Shown here in pieces: positions 1 through 10,774 of a stretch of DNA of 44,450 nt. The notes under the pieces were generated by a model. The model was given only the letters and a program-made list of their open reading frames with translations. It did not search any database and was not told the origin of the DNA. The DNA is from Octopus sinensis (lineage: Eukaryota). Every line of letters starts with the position of its first letter. The first letter of the stretch is position 1. The DNA is taken from positions 1 to 44,450 of the forward strand of contig NW_021834900.1 of NCBI RefSeq assembly GCF_006345805.1, read 5' to 3'. The translations under genes and the position numbers were made by a program.

Positions 1-384
1 TATATACACACACACACACATATATATATATATACATTTGCATATATGTTGTTATTTTTCTACATACCTTAATATATTATATATATATATATTGAAATGG
101 ATAAATGAATTATCTTGTTAAGGATTATTTATATAATATTAGGGAGTAAATCCAAACTTACACGGAAAAATTAGATTTAGGATTAAATCTAATTTTATAG
201 TATAAATATATATTATATTAAATTAGAGATAAAACCACTATTAGACAAATCAAACAGTGAAAATTTTACTTCTATGTATTGGCTTATGATTTTCACTGTT
301 TGATTTGCCTAATAGTGGTTTTATATCTAATTTAATATAATATACATATACACATATACATATGTATACATATGTATATATTTT

Positions 385-955
385 TTCCAGTTTCAGCTCA
401 GAGCTGCGTCCATGCTGATGCACCGCCGTTTTGTGCTACACTGTTATTACTAAAAGCCTCCTCTAATATGTGGCACTTGGTGAAGAATGGAGTTTGATAT
501 AGCTACCCTCATTTGCACCTCTTGCCGTGAGGTAAGTTCATCTGGGACTCTCGACAGGAAGAGGTCCAGCTTTGATTTAAAAACGCCTACATCTACTTTG
601 TGCAAGTTCCTCAGACTCTTTGGGAGAATATTAAAAAGCTGTGGTCCCTTGAAACCCAGGCTGTTGCAATAACTGGTCCTGAAGCGTGATGGCATTGCTG
701 GGATCTTTGGCAATATGCAGTGTCGTCCCGTTCTGGCATTGGTGTAGCTTTCAATGCCAAAATTTGGCACAATTCCTTCCAGGATCTTCCAGATATATAT
801 TACTGCATAACTCTCCCGTCTTCTCTCCAGGGAGTAGAGTCTTAGCTGTTTCAACCTTTCCCAGTAGCTGAGCTATTGCAAAGAGACGATCTTCTTTGTG
901 AATCTTCTCTGGATTGCATCTGCTCTGCTTCCTCCTTTATAGATCGTTAGCTACT
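385..955 (-). mobile_element. 3' end of a CR1/L2-group LINE (ORF2 C-terminus, stop at 450-452, short 3' UTR)
   Basis: The minus strand reads IQRRFTKKI..LSYWERLKQLRLYSLERRRE..VIYIWKILEGIVPN...GPQLFNILPKSLRN..FKSKLDLFL. This is the post-RT region typical of CR1/L2-type ORF2. There is one in-frame stop upstream. Confidence 0.85.
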
Positions 956-988
956 ATACATATTTTTTCCTCTCCTTGTTTTTTCTGT

Positions 989-1030
989 GTCCCTTTCTGT
1001 AGAAGAGCGTAGGCTCGAAACGTAAAAGAC
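989..1030 (+). ncRNA. Minimal type I hammerhead-like motif with variant core (CUGUAGA) and palindromic ACGU stem III
   Basis: CTTT-CTGTAGA-A-GAGC gtag GCTC-GAAA-CGTA-AAAG gives a 4-bp stem I, a 4-bp stem II and a GUA triplet. Core position 6 is U rather than A. Confidence 0.5.
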
Positions 1031-1154
1031 TTTTTCTATTCCTGAGCGTTATACTAATACATCTGTTTGTTTTGTACACCACCTGTCTTCGTCTTTTGTT
1101 TTTTTTCGTAAACTCTCCCTACATGTATATATATATATATATATATTAATATAT

Positions 1155-1200
<46 letters not shown>

Positions 1201-1205
<5 letters not shown>

Positions 1206-1328
1206 TTTATAGAAGGAGCTTCTACAGGACTAGAACTGTTTCATTCAAAAGAAATCATCAGGAAGCTTCCTGATGATTTCTTTGAATGAACAGTTCTAGT
1301 CCTGTAGAAGCTCCTTCTATAAAATAAA
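1201..1328. repeat. Near-perfect palindrome (65/63-nt arms, no spacer) of a hammerhead-bearing repeat end
   Basis: The centre is GGAAG|CTTCC at 1265/1266. The arms differ only by two 1-nt deletions in the right arm. Confidence 0.95.
1217..1267 (-). ncRNA. Type I hammerhead ribozyme candidate, intact core
   Basis: Minus strand: AGCTTC-CTGATGA-T TTC tttt GAA T-GAAA-CAG ttctagtc CTG-TA-GAAGCT. Stem I is 6 bp, stem III is 3 bp plus the A-U pair, and the triplet is GUA. Confidence 0.7.
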
Positions 1329-1393
1329 TTAATTTACTCTGCTATGTATTGAGTACCTTATTTACTGTGTTAACCCCGACTCAACCCGGGACC

Positions 1394-1471
<78 letters not shown>

Positions 1472-1631
1472 CATACATATACATACATACATACATATAT
1501 ACATACATACTACATACATACATACATACATTCATATATATATATATATGTTTATATATATAAAGTTAATCCAAACAAGAAAACACAAAAAAAAAAACAC
1601 ACAGCAACGCGCGGACGTGGAACAAATAAAG

Positions 1632-1672
<41 letters not shown>

Positions 1673-1719
1673 AATATATATACATATATATATGTATATA
1701 TATTTCCAAAGAAGGAAAT

Positions 1720-2546
1720 ATGACGCACTGACTACTCCCGAAAGACAATATGCGGATGTAGTGTGCGGTCCAAAAAGGATACTGTATGGCCCAAGAAATG
1801 GCCAGCTTCACTCAGATGTGAGAAGGGCAGTAGCTGAACAGTAATTTTTTTTGTGCATGGCACAAAACATTGTCCAGAAGCTGACCTGGCTACAAACACA
1901 AAGCTGGAACTATACCTACCACCACATAAGGCCACCACCAACAGATGCAGGATTGCCACCACAACACCCAACACACACGCCACAAAAGTATTTCTACTAA
2001 ACCTACGGCAACTGTAAAAGAAAAATCTCATTCCTGAGAGACCTTGCGCCATGCAATCAAGCTCTATGCATGACACTCATAGAAACGCATGTTGGACCTG
2101 ATATAGGGGATGCAGAAATACGCTCAGATAGAAAAGAGAGGAGTCATGGTGGAGTTGCCGTGTACATCCGAGATGACATCACGCCCCAGGTCCTGTTGTC
2201 ATATTCAAATTCAGTGTATGACACTCAAATTGTACACATAAGACAACTGAATATCGTCATATGTACTACATATCGTCCACCGGATGCCCCAAATCACACA
2301 GGCATGTTTGAAGACTGCCTAAGAAAAATAGAAGTTCTCACCAAACTGGAACAACACAACAGTGTACTCTTCATGGGTGACTTTCAATTCCCCAATGTGG
2401 AATGGCCTGGTGGGTGTGGGGGGAAGATGCTCCCAGGGATGACACACCGTCAGCAAGCACAGGCAGAGTCCCTGCTCCAACTCACAAATGCCTCTTTCAT
2501 GGAGCAAATTGTGCTGCAACCAACCAGGGCAAATAATATAGCTTGA
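1720..2546 (+). mobile_element. LINE fragment carrying the apurinic-type endonuclease domain (CR1/L2 group), frameshifted
   Basis: KVFLLN near 1985, then LIETH..DI.DAEI, RSDRKERSHGGVAVYIR, YRPP and MGDF. These are APE endonuclease motifs. Confidence 0.85.
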
Positions 2547-2718
2547 CAATCGATGCTGGTGTGTTTACGTCCCCGTAACTTAGCGGTTCGACAAAAGAAA
2601 CCCATAGAACAAGTACTAGGCTTACAAAGAATAAGTCCTGGGGTCGATTTGCTCGACTAAAGGCGGTACTCCAGCATGGCCGCAGTCAAATGACTGAAAC
2701 ACGTAAAAGAGTAAAAGA
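2546..2718 (+). mobile_element. SINE family C, 3' half
   Basis: Matches 21495-21674 (GCTTGACAACCGATGCTGGTGTGTTTACGTCCCC...CAGCATGGCCGCAGTCAAATGACTGAAAC). Confidence 0.9.
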
Positions 2719-2880
2719 GGATGCAAACTGCGCGATATATTTTGCTCACAGTACGTTTTGTGTGTGCAGCTATTTTACCTCTGTCTCATTTAACAAGTTT
2801 AAGCTATTTTTAATAGATATACACCCCGGTATGATTCTCGTTTGACTTATCTCGTTTTAATAATTTTCAGTTCTACAAAG

Positions 2881-3120
2881 AGCCGAGCTGGCAGAATTGT
2901 TAGCACACCGGGCGAAATAATTAGCGGCATTCCGTCCTTCTTTACGTTCTGAGTTCAAATTTCGGCGAGGTCGACTTTGCCTTTCATCCGCCGAGGTCAA
3001 CTTTGCCCTTCATCCTTTCGAGGTCGATAAACAGTTGAGCATTGAGGTCGATGCAATTGATTGCCTCCCCCCCCCCACCACTCTGAAATGACAGTCCTTG
3101 TGCCAAAATTTGAAATCAGA
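2881..3120 (+). mobile_element. SINE family A, degraded
   Basis: Head GAGCTGGCAGAA..TTAGCAC, B-box GAGTTCAAATT, and central GTCGACTTTGCCTTTCATCC domain. Confidence 0.85.
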
Positions 3121-3246
3121 AATTTTCAGTTCTCTTTGAATGTCTTCAGTTATCCAATTTGCAACGGATTCGTTTATCTCGACAACCACATTATTTTACT
3201 TATTGCTCCATCTAATACTGCGCATGCTCAATACTGTCCAAACTAT

Positions 3247-3279
<33 letters not shown>

Positions 3280-3301
3280 TGTCTGTCTGTGTGTGTGTGT
3301 C

Positions 3302-3590
3302 TGGAGGCGCAATGGCCCAGTGGTTAGGGCAGCGGACTCGCGGTTGGAGGATCGCAGTTTCGATTCCCAGACGTTGCGTGTGTTTATTGAGCGAAAACAC
3401 CTAAAGCTCCACGCTCTCCGGCAGGGGGTGGTGGTGACCCCTGTTGTACCCTTTCGCCCCAACTTTCTCTCACTCCCTCTTCCTGTTTCTTGAGTAACGC
3501 TGCGATGGACTGGCATCCCGTCGAGTGGGAGGGGAACACATACGCCACAGAACCGGGCCCATGAGCCTGGCTAGGCTTGAAAAGGGCGCA
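3302..3590 (+). mobile_element. SINE family B (tRNA-Arg-like head), tail type 3
   Basis: Starts TGGAGGCGCAATGGCCCAGTGGTTAGGGCAGCGGACTCGCGG, with A-box TGGCCCAGTGG and B-box GTTTCGATTCC. Confidence 0.9.
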
Positions 3591-3819
3591 TATATATATA
3601 TATATAGTGTAATTAATAAAATATATGCATACATACAAACATATATGTACGTACCGACATCCACATGTATATATACATGCATATATAAATATATATATTT
3701 CCCCTTAATCGGACATGCTTTCACAGAAGTCGGCAAACAAATGACACTGCTTGGATGTCGATGACTCTTAAAACTATCACGCAATATCTAGACAAGGTAA
3801 CACAAACACACACACTTAT

Positions 3820-3960
3820 ACAACGGGATTTTTCCAGTTTCCGTCTCCCAAATCCTCTCACAAGGCTTTGGTCGTTCTAGGGCTAAAGTAAAAAGCATTT
3901 TCCCAAGACGTCTTGCATGTTGTTGAAAGCAAACGCCTTAACCACACGGTCATGCTTGCG
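3820..3960 (-). mobile_element. SINE family C, 5' part, degraded
   Basis: Reverse match to 21246-21395 (CAGTTTCCGTCT.CCAAATCC.CTCACAAGGCTTTGGTC). Confidence 0.7.
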
Positions 3961-4204
3961 ACTCCTTCCATATAAAATCAAATAATCAACATTATGTTAC
4001 ATTCTATCAATCTTTTACTAAAAAGTCTGTAAAACAACTAAAAATAGACCGATTTGCATATGTCATTGGAGCAATTAATTTTACAGATTTGATATTAAAC
4101 AGGTCGATGTTTTCGAAACTTATTCATAGGTTTGTTTGTCTGTATTTAATGATCTGTAACATGGACGGAAGACCAAACATCTGTAGGAAGGATGTAGTGT
4201 AGAA

Positions 4205-4430
4205 TTGTTGGCATCCTTATTGTCTCGGGAGACAATGGAGTTGCGCATAAAGTAGTCTAGTCCGGCTTTTACATTTCATGTCCTGATACATTTCCTGCTG
4301 TGGCTGTGTAGTCCTATCCTGGACAAACACTCCCTCTGGCAGGTACCGCAAATGTAGCGAAGACTGTTCCTGGCTGGTTGTAATGCCATAGTTTCTTGTT
4401 GTCTTTTCTTGTCTTTCCATTTCTCCTCTC
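4205..4430 (-). mobile_element. 3' end of an RTE-clade LINE
   Basis: The minus strand reads YICGTCQRECLSRIGLHSHSRKC then a stop at 4276-4278. This is the terminal C2H2-like motif typical of RTE ORFs. It is followed by CCATTGTCTCCCGAGAC..AAGGATGCCAACAA. Confidence 0.75.
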
Positions 4431-5313
4431 TCTCTCTCTCTGTCACTCCTTTGTATTCCCTCTCTTACGGTAGTGTAGAATATTTGTCCCAATACATATG
4501 TGGTTTATCTTTTATTGATCTCTGAAGAATGAAAGGTTATGTCATATCCAGCGCAGCTTAAACTCCGAACGTCATCAACTGACAGAACAAAATTACTGCA
4601 TTACTGACTCAGCCGTACGGACGTTTGTGTTGGTGTATGTTTATATTTATGGAGAGGAATCGTGTGTGTGTGCGTGTGTGTGTGTGTGTGTGCTTGTCTG
4701 TAGGTGGACCATATGTATGTGTGAATATGTGTGTGTCTATGTGTGTATGTGCACGTAGGAGGACCGTATGATAATGAGAAGTTATCTGTGTGCCGTGTTT
4801 GTGTGTGAAGGTGAACCGTGTGTATTTGTGTGCGTTCTTATATGTGTATAGGGAGACGCTGTATGTGTGTGCGAATATGTGCGTATATGTTTATGCGTAT
4901 GCAGGAGGACCATGTGTATGCCCGTGTAAATACCTGTGTGGTTATGTGTGTGCATGTGTGATTATGTGATTATGTGTGTGTGTGTGTGTGTGTATAGGAA
5001 TGTGCTCACACGCGTGTCGTGTGGATGTGTGTGCTGGTGATCATGTATAAATGCCGATGTGTGATTATATATGCACGATGTGTAGATATGTGTTTAGAGA
5101 GCAATCTTCTGTGTATATGTGTGTGTATGTGAGTGTGTGTGTGTGTGTGCGCTTGTGCTTGTGCGTTCGGTTGTGAGAATACGAGACCGAGTATGTCAGC
5201 GAACGCTGATATCACGTGATTAATCTAATATTCCCGTTGCTACGAACGTGAATGCCTGCATATATGAATGAGGTGATATAGGAGAGTGGGGAGAGAGAAA
5301 GAAACGTGAAGGA

Positions 5314-5360
<47 letters not shown>

Positions 5361-6104
5361 AGAAAAAGAGAACAACCATCTATGAGTGAGTGTTCTTGCG
5401 ATATGGTGAATGACCTGCTCACAAATTCAGTGTGGTTGTTGCTAGCAGAATATGCATAGTTGACTACAAGATATCGTGAGATACCTTTGAGGTTGCCAAG
5501 GGCAGATAATCCTTATAAGACAATCACAACATACAACGTATATATATTGTATTGGTTTGGCTAAATTTAGCATATCAACATGGCGTAGGCATTTGTGTTT
5601 CCGAGATTGACGTTGGTGAGCATGGAAGGAAAACACGGAATGACAAATGAAGAGAACGGAATGAAGAATATAAGGAAAGATTAAGAGAATGAGAGAAGAA
5701 CAGAATGAGAGAGAATATAGCACGAGGGAGAAAGAGAAAGAACAAGTGACATAACTGATGAAAGGAAAAGTTCAATATATACATATGTATATGCGTGTGT
5801 GCGTACATACATGTATGTCTATGTGTATGCATGTGTGTGTATATATGTGTATATATGCGAGTGTATATACACAAATTCACACACAGGAACACACACACAC
5901 ACACACGCACACACACACACACACAAAAATTAAATAAATTACAAGGGATTAGCAATTTCCTGTTCCTTTGTCCTTTATCTAATTCCATATTGCACTCTGT
6001 ACTTGACTAACGTTTTGTCTTGAAAGAGCTGTATATTGAGTTCTAACATCGTTGTGAAGTGTCAGCCTGCATAGCCCAGTCGATAGAACATCAAACTTTT
6101 AAAT

Positions 6105-7248
6105 AAGGCGGTGGGCTGGCAGAAACGTGACCACGCCGGGCGAAGTGCCTAGCGGTATTTCGTCTGACGCTACGTTCTGAGTTCAAATTCCGCCGAGGTC
6201 GTCTTTGCCTTTCATCCTTTCGGGGTCGATTAAATAAATACCAGTTACGCACAGGGGTCGATGCAATCGACTTAATCCGTGTGTCTGTCCTTGTTTGTCT
6301 CCTCTTGTGGATAGTAAAGAAATAGGTATTTCGTCTGCCGTTATGTTCTGAGTTCGAATTCCGCCGAGGTCGACTTTGCCTTTCATCCTTTCGGGGTCGA
6401 TTAAATAAATACCAGTTACGCACAGGGGTCGATGCAATCGACTTAATCCGCTTGTCTGTCCTTGTTTGTCCCCTCTGTGTTTAGCCCCTTGTGGGCAGTA
6501 AAGAAATAGGTATTTCGTCTGCCGCTACGTTCTGAGTTCAAATTCCGCCGAGGTCGTCTTTGCCTTTCATCCTTTCGGGGTCGATTAAATAAATACCAGT
6601 TACGCACAGGGGTCGATATAATCGGCTTAATCCGATTGTCTGTCCTTGTTTGTCCTCTCTGTGTTTAGCCCCTTGTGGGTAGTAAAGAAATAGGTATTTC
6701 GTCTGCCGCTACGTTCTGAGTTCAAATTCCGCCGAGGTCGACTTTGCCTTTCATCCTTTCGGGGTCGATTAAATAAGTACCAGTTACGCACTGAGGTCGA
6801 TATAATCGACTTAATCCGTTTGTCTGTCCTTGTTTGTCCTCTCTGTGATTAGCCCCTTGTGGGTAGTAAAGAAATAGGTATTTTGTCTGCGTTATGTTCT
6901 GAGTTCAAATTCCGCCGAGGTCGACTTTGCCTTTCATCCTTTCGGGGTCGATTAAATAAGTACCAGTTACGTACTGGGGTCGATGTAATTGACTTAATCC
7001 GTTTGTCGGTCCTTCTTTGTCCCCTCTGTGTTTAGCCCCTTGTGGGTAATAAAGAAATAGGCATTTTGTCTGCGTTATGTTCTGAGTTCAAATTCCGCCG
7101 AGGTCGACTTTGCCTTTCATTCTTTCGGGGTCGATTAAATAAGTACCAGTTACGCACTTGGGTCGATATAATCGACTTAATCCGTTTGTCTGTCCTTGTT
7201 TGTCCCCTCTATGTTTAGCCCCTTGTGGGTAATAAAGAAATAGGTATT
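6105..7248 (+). mobile_element. SINE family A tandem concatemer: one head plus six ~171-184-bp body units
   Basis: Units start at 6154, 6325, 6509, 6693, 6877 and 7060, with a residual GGTATT at 7243. Every junction is AAAGAAATA|GG(T/C)ATTT. Confidence 0.95.
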
Positions 7249-7452
7249 AGTGAATATCGTTGTGCCCAAGCCAAAGAGATGCTGGTGGTCTGCCTCGCCA
7301 AGACTTGCATTTGGAAAATATGACAATAAAGTTATACGTTCATAGGGAGCAGAGTTTCCTTCCTCTCGCTTTAAATTTTACCCTTCACATCATTCTCTCC
7401 GGTTTTGCATTCCCTTTTTACTTGTCTTTACTTCTTCCTATCGCACTTAACG

Positions 7453-7525
<73 letters not shown>

Positions 7526-7746
7526 TTCTTCCTAACAACGTATTTACTCTGACATTGTTTAATGTTCGCTCTAAGTTGCAAACATTTACTCAGGCATAGA
7601 GGATATTACCCCCCTTTTTTTCGTTTTAATTTACTAACTCATCCTTAAGGAAGAACTCTGGCCGAGACGTCAGAAACTCCATTACCTACGGCAATAATTC
7701 TGCTACTTCTCTCTCTCTCTCTCTCTCTCACCCTCTCTCTCTCTCC

Positions 7747-7812
<66 letters not shown>

Positions 7813-7859
7813 GTATGTATATGCATGTATGTGTATATGAATGTGTGTGTGTGTGTATT

Positions 7860-8060
7860 CTTTTTCTTTTATTTGTTTCAGTCATTTAATTACGGCCATG
7901 CTGGAGCACCACCTTTTAGTTGAACAAATCGACCCCAGGACTTATTCTTTGCAAGCCTAGTACTTATTTTATCGGTATCTTTTGCCGAACCGCTAAGTTA
8001 CGAGGACGCTAACACTCCAACATCGGTTGTCAAGCGATAGTGGTAGGACAAACACAGATA
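7860..8060 (-). mobile_element. SINE family C, 3' half
   Basis: GTTTCAGTCATT..CGGCCATGCTGGAGCACC...CATCGGTTGTCAAGC. Confidence 0.85.
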
Positions 8061-8204
8061 CACATACACAATATATATATATTCTTTATTCTTTTATACG
8101 TTTCAGCAATGCGGCTGCGGTCATGCTGGAGCACCACCTGGATATGTGTGACAGAGTAAGCACCAGTCTTTAAACATGTTAGTACAATGATGGAACTGAT
8201 CGAC

Positions 8205-8567
8205 TTAATCCTTATTTCTTTGCTACCCACAAGGGGCTAAACACAGAGGGGACAAACAAGGACAGACAAAGGGATTAAGTCTCCCTTTCCCACATACACC
8301 CTCACACGCACGCACACACACGTAGAAGCGTATGTATACATCGACATACGTATGTGTATTTGTGTGGATAACAAATTGTTTATGTAATAGTCCAAAACAA
8401 CCCCTAACTGGTACTTATTTAATCGTAACTGGTACTTATTTAATCGACCCCGAAAGGATGAAAGGCAAAGTCGACCTCGGCAGAATTTGAACTCAGAACG
8501 TAACGGCAGACGAAATACTGCTAAGCATTTCGCCCGGCGTGCTAACGATTCTGCCAGCTCGCCGCCA
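8205..8567 (-). mobile_element. SINE family A interrupted by a ~125-bp segment (8281-8405)
   Basis: The tail is at 8205-8280 and the head plus central domain at 8406-8567. Confidence 0.85.
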
Positions 8568-8859
8568 AGATGTTGTCCCACACGGCTGAAACAAATAAAT
8601 TAGTAAAAGAAAGAATAAAAATTCTATTCTTATTCTGAAGATATGAAGTGCTTTGCTAGTAGCTGTTAGCAGATAAATAGTTTAGTATTACTAATCAGCT
8701 GATACTGTGGGGTCTGCTATTATTATTCGACACTGACATTTTATCTATCATTTTAACACTTCATTTCAGATTCACTTAGGGAGCTTTCAGTTTTTCAAAT
8801 GAAAACATTTCACTTCCAGTACTGTTCATTAGTTCCTTAGGAAATGATTAGTTAACCTC

Positions 8860-9056
8860 CAGCATAGTAAAGTCCGTATAACTAGCGGTAACCTGGACTA
8901 AAGACCACCTTCGGTCATGAATGACCTTGGGATTGCACCTAGAAAGTTACCCTCCAAGGAACAAGTCCTAGTAAGGTTGTTTATGGATTACCAGCCGGTG
9001 CCCCAGCATGGCCACAGCTCATGAGCTGAAACTAGAATCAATCAATCAATCAATCA
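8860..9056 (+). mobile_element. SINE-like element (family E), 3' part with a LINE-type tail and (ATCA)n
   Basis: Ends GCCGGTGCCCCAGCATGGCCACAGCTCATGAGCTGAAACTAGA followed by (ATCA)5. Confidence 0.65.
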
Positions 9057-9071
9057 CCATATACCAGTCTC

Positions 9072-9475
9072 GGATCTTTTCGGTTTGAACGGCAGTTTTT
9101 TCTAGCGGTGTCATATGAAATTGTCACCCATAATTATGACCCTAGTATTGATCTATTGCATTTCAATCTATTTTAGGGTTGGGGGGAAGAGTATCTTTTT
9201 TTCTTCAGAAATGTAAATAAACCCAATCTGTTTCTTAAACGAGGGACATATTCATACGTCACAGAATGTTTTTTACCTCATAGTGTCAGTGATTGGTTGA
9301 AATTTCAGAAATTGAAGAAAAAAAAACAACAAATATCTTACAAACTATAGAATTTTCTCAATAAAGCCAAGAGAAAAAGATGTTTTATAAACACATTCTA
9401 CCAGTATACGAAGTTTAAAATTTTTTAGTTACGTAGAAATTATGTTAAAAACTGCCGGTCAAACCGAAAAGATCC
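9072..9475 (+). mobile_element. MITE copy 1 (GGATC...GATCC TIRs)
   Basis: TIR GGATCTTTTCGGTTTGAACGGCAGTTTTT. The flanking duplication is CAGTCTC (7 bp). The body is homologous to 15710-16128 and 19285-19729. Confidence 0.9.
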
Positions 9476-9479
9476 CAGT

Positions 9480-9672
9480 CTCCCCTCTCCCCGCTTCTGA
9501 TGTTATCTAAGGGAATGACCAAGGCAATACAGCTTGGTACCAGTGAGGTCGCAAATCGTTTTTGCAGCTGAGTGAATTGGAGCAACGTGAAATAAAGTGT
9601 TTTGCTCAAGAGCAGAACACACAGCCTGGTCAGGGAATCGAACTCACTATCCCATGATTGTGAGCCCAAAGT
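9480..9672 (-). mobile_element. SINE family D fragment (tRNA head plus CORE/Meta-like TTGAGCAA..CACTTTATTTCACG domain)
   Basis: Minus strand: GGGCTCACAATCATGGGATAGTGAGTTCGATTCCCTGACCAGGCTGTGTGTTCTGCTCTTGAGCAAAACACTTTATTTCACGTTGCTCCAATTCACTCAGCTG. Confidence 0.65.
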
Positions 9673-9911
9673 CCTGTCTCTCTTTCCCTCTTCCTGCATA
9701 CACCCTCACACGCATGCACACACACACATGCACACACACGTACAAGCGTATGTATACATAGACATACGTATGTGTATTTGTGTGGATAACAAACTGTTTA
9801 TGTAATAGTCCAAATCCACCCCTACAACAAGTGCAGTATAAATGTGCAAAAATGAATGTGCACGTGTGCATTCATTTGTGTTTCATATATTTATGCATAT
9901 AGTATGAATAG

Positions 9912-10215
9912 TGGAGGCGCAATGGCCTAGTGGTTAGGGCAGCGGACTCGCGGCCGTAGGATCGCGGTTTCGATTCTCAGACCGGGCGTTGTGAGTGTTT
10001 ATTGAGCGAAAACACCTAAAAGCTCCACGAGGCTCCGGCAGGGGGTGGTGGTGATCCCTGCTGTACTCTTTCACCACTCTTTCTCCCACTCTTTCTTCTG
10101 TTGGCCTGCTCGCTTAGCCAGCGGGGTGGCGTCATTCGAAGGCTAAAACAATGCGAACGCATTGTGACCAGCGATGTGTAACTACATCTGATGGACTGGT
10201 CGGTCACGTGATGAT
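9912..10215 (+). mobile_element. SINE family B, tail type 1, full length
   Basis: Full head, and a tail ending GGTCGGTCACGTGATGATG. Confidence 0.9.
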
Positions 10216-10774
10216 GATATTATGTATGTATATTTATATATATATATATTGTGTGTGTGTGTGTGTGTGTTTTAATGTTACATATCTCTGATATACTAAT
10301 AAACCCTCGTTATTAAGCGTTCAGTATTGCAACAATGTTGTAACAGTAGAATTATGTAAATATTCGTGCGTTTTAATATATTGGTGAATAACCCCGTCTA
10401 TATTAGAAGCTATTATATTATTGAATATCTATTAAAATCGTTCCAGACATTAGGTCTAATGTTTCTCGTGGTTTCAACGATTATCGATGAGGAAGACAGA
10501 ATCTGTTAACTAGTGCTCAACATTTACAGTAATCGGGTTAGCATTAGTATAGTAACGAGAGAAGAAACGAGGTGTCATTTTTCACACAACCGACAAAACG
10601 AAATTATGATTAACTGGAGAGCGGGGGTGGGAATGAACTAGCGAAATATGTACTTACGAATTATTTCAAAAGAATAGCTCTTAATAACCAAGATTTTTGA
10701 AGAGCTCCAGCTTTTGGAGAAAAGGGTAATACATAGATACAATGTTTCTTATTTTCGATATCCATTTCCACTCT

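Noticed and set aside
6091-6437. ORFs inside SINEs (e.g. RNWYLFNRPRKDERQSRPRR, LPLRSEFKFRRGRLCLSSF, MFIERKHLKL), also at 8237, 14831, 18383 and 21158
   Set aside because: The same peptides recur wherever a SINE occurs. They are translations of non-coding repeats.
6105-7248. CRISPR-like appearance of the tandem arrays (also 22060-23645)
   Set aside because: The units are SINE bodies without unique spacers, the context is eukaryotic, and there are no cas genes.
7640-7685. Hammerhead-like CTTAAGGA...GAGACGTC near a T-rich repeat end
   Set aside because: Both core strands are mutated and the stems do not close. At best it is a dead relic.
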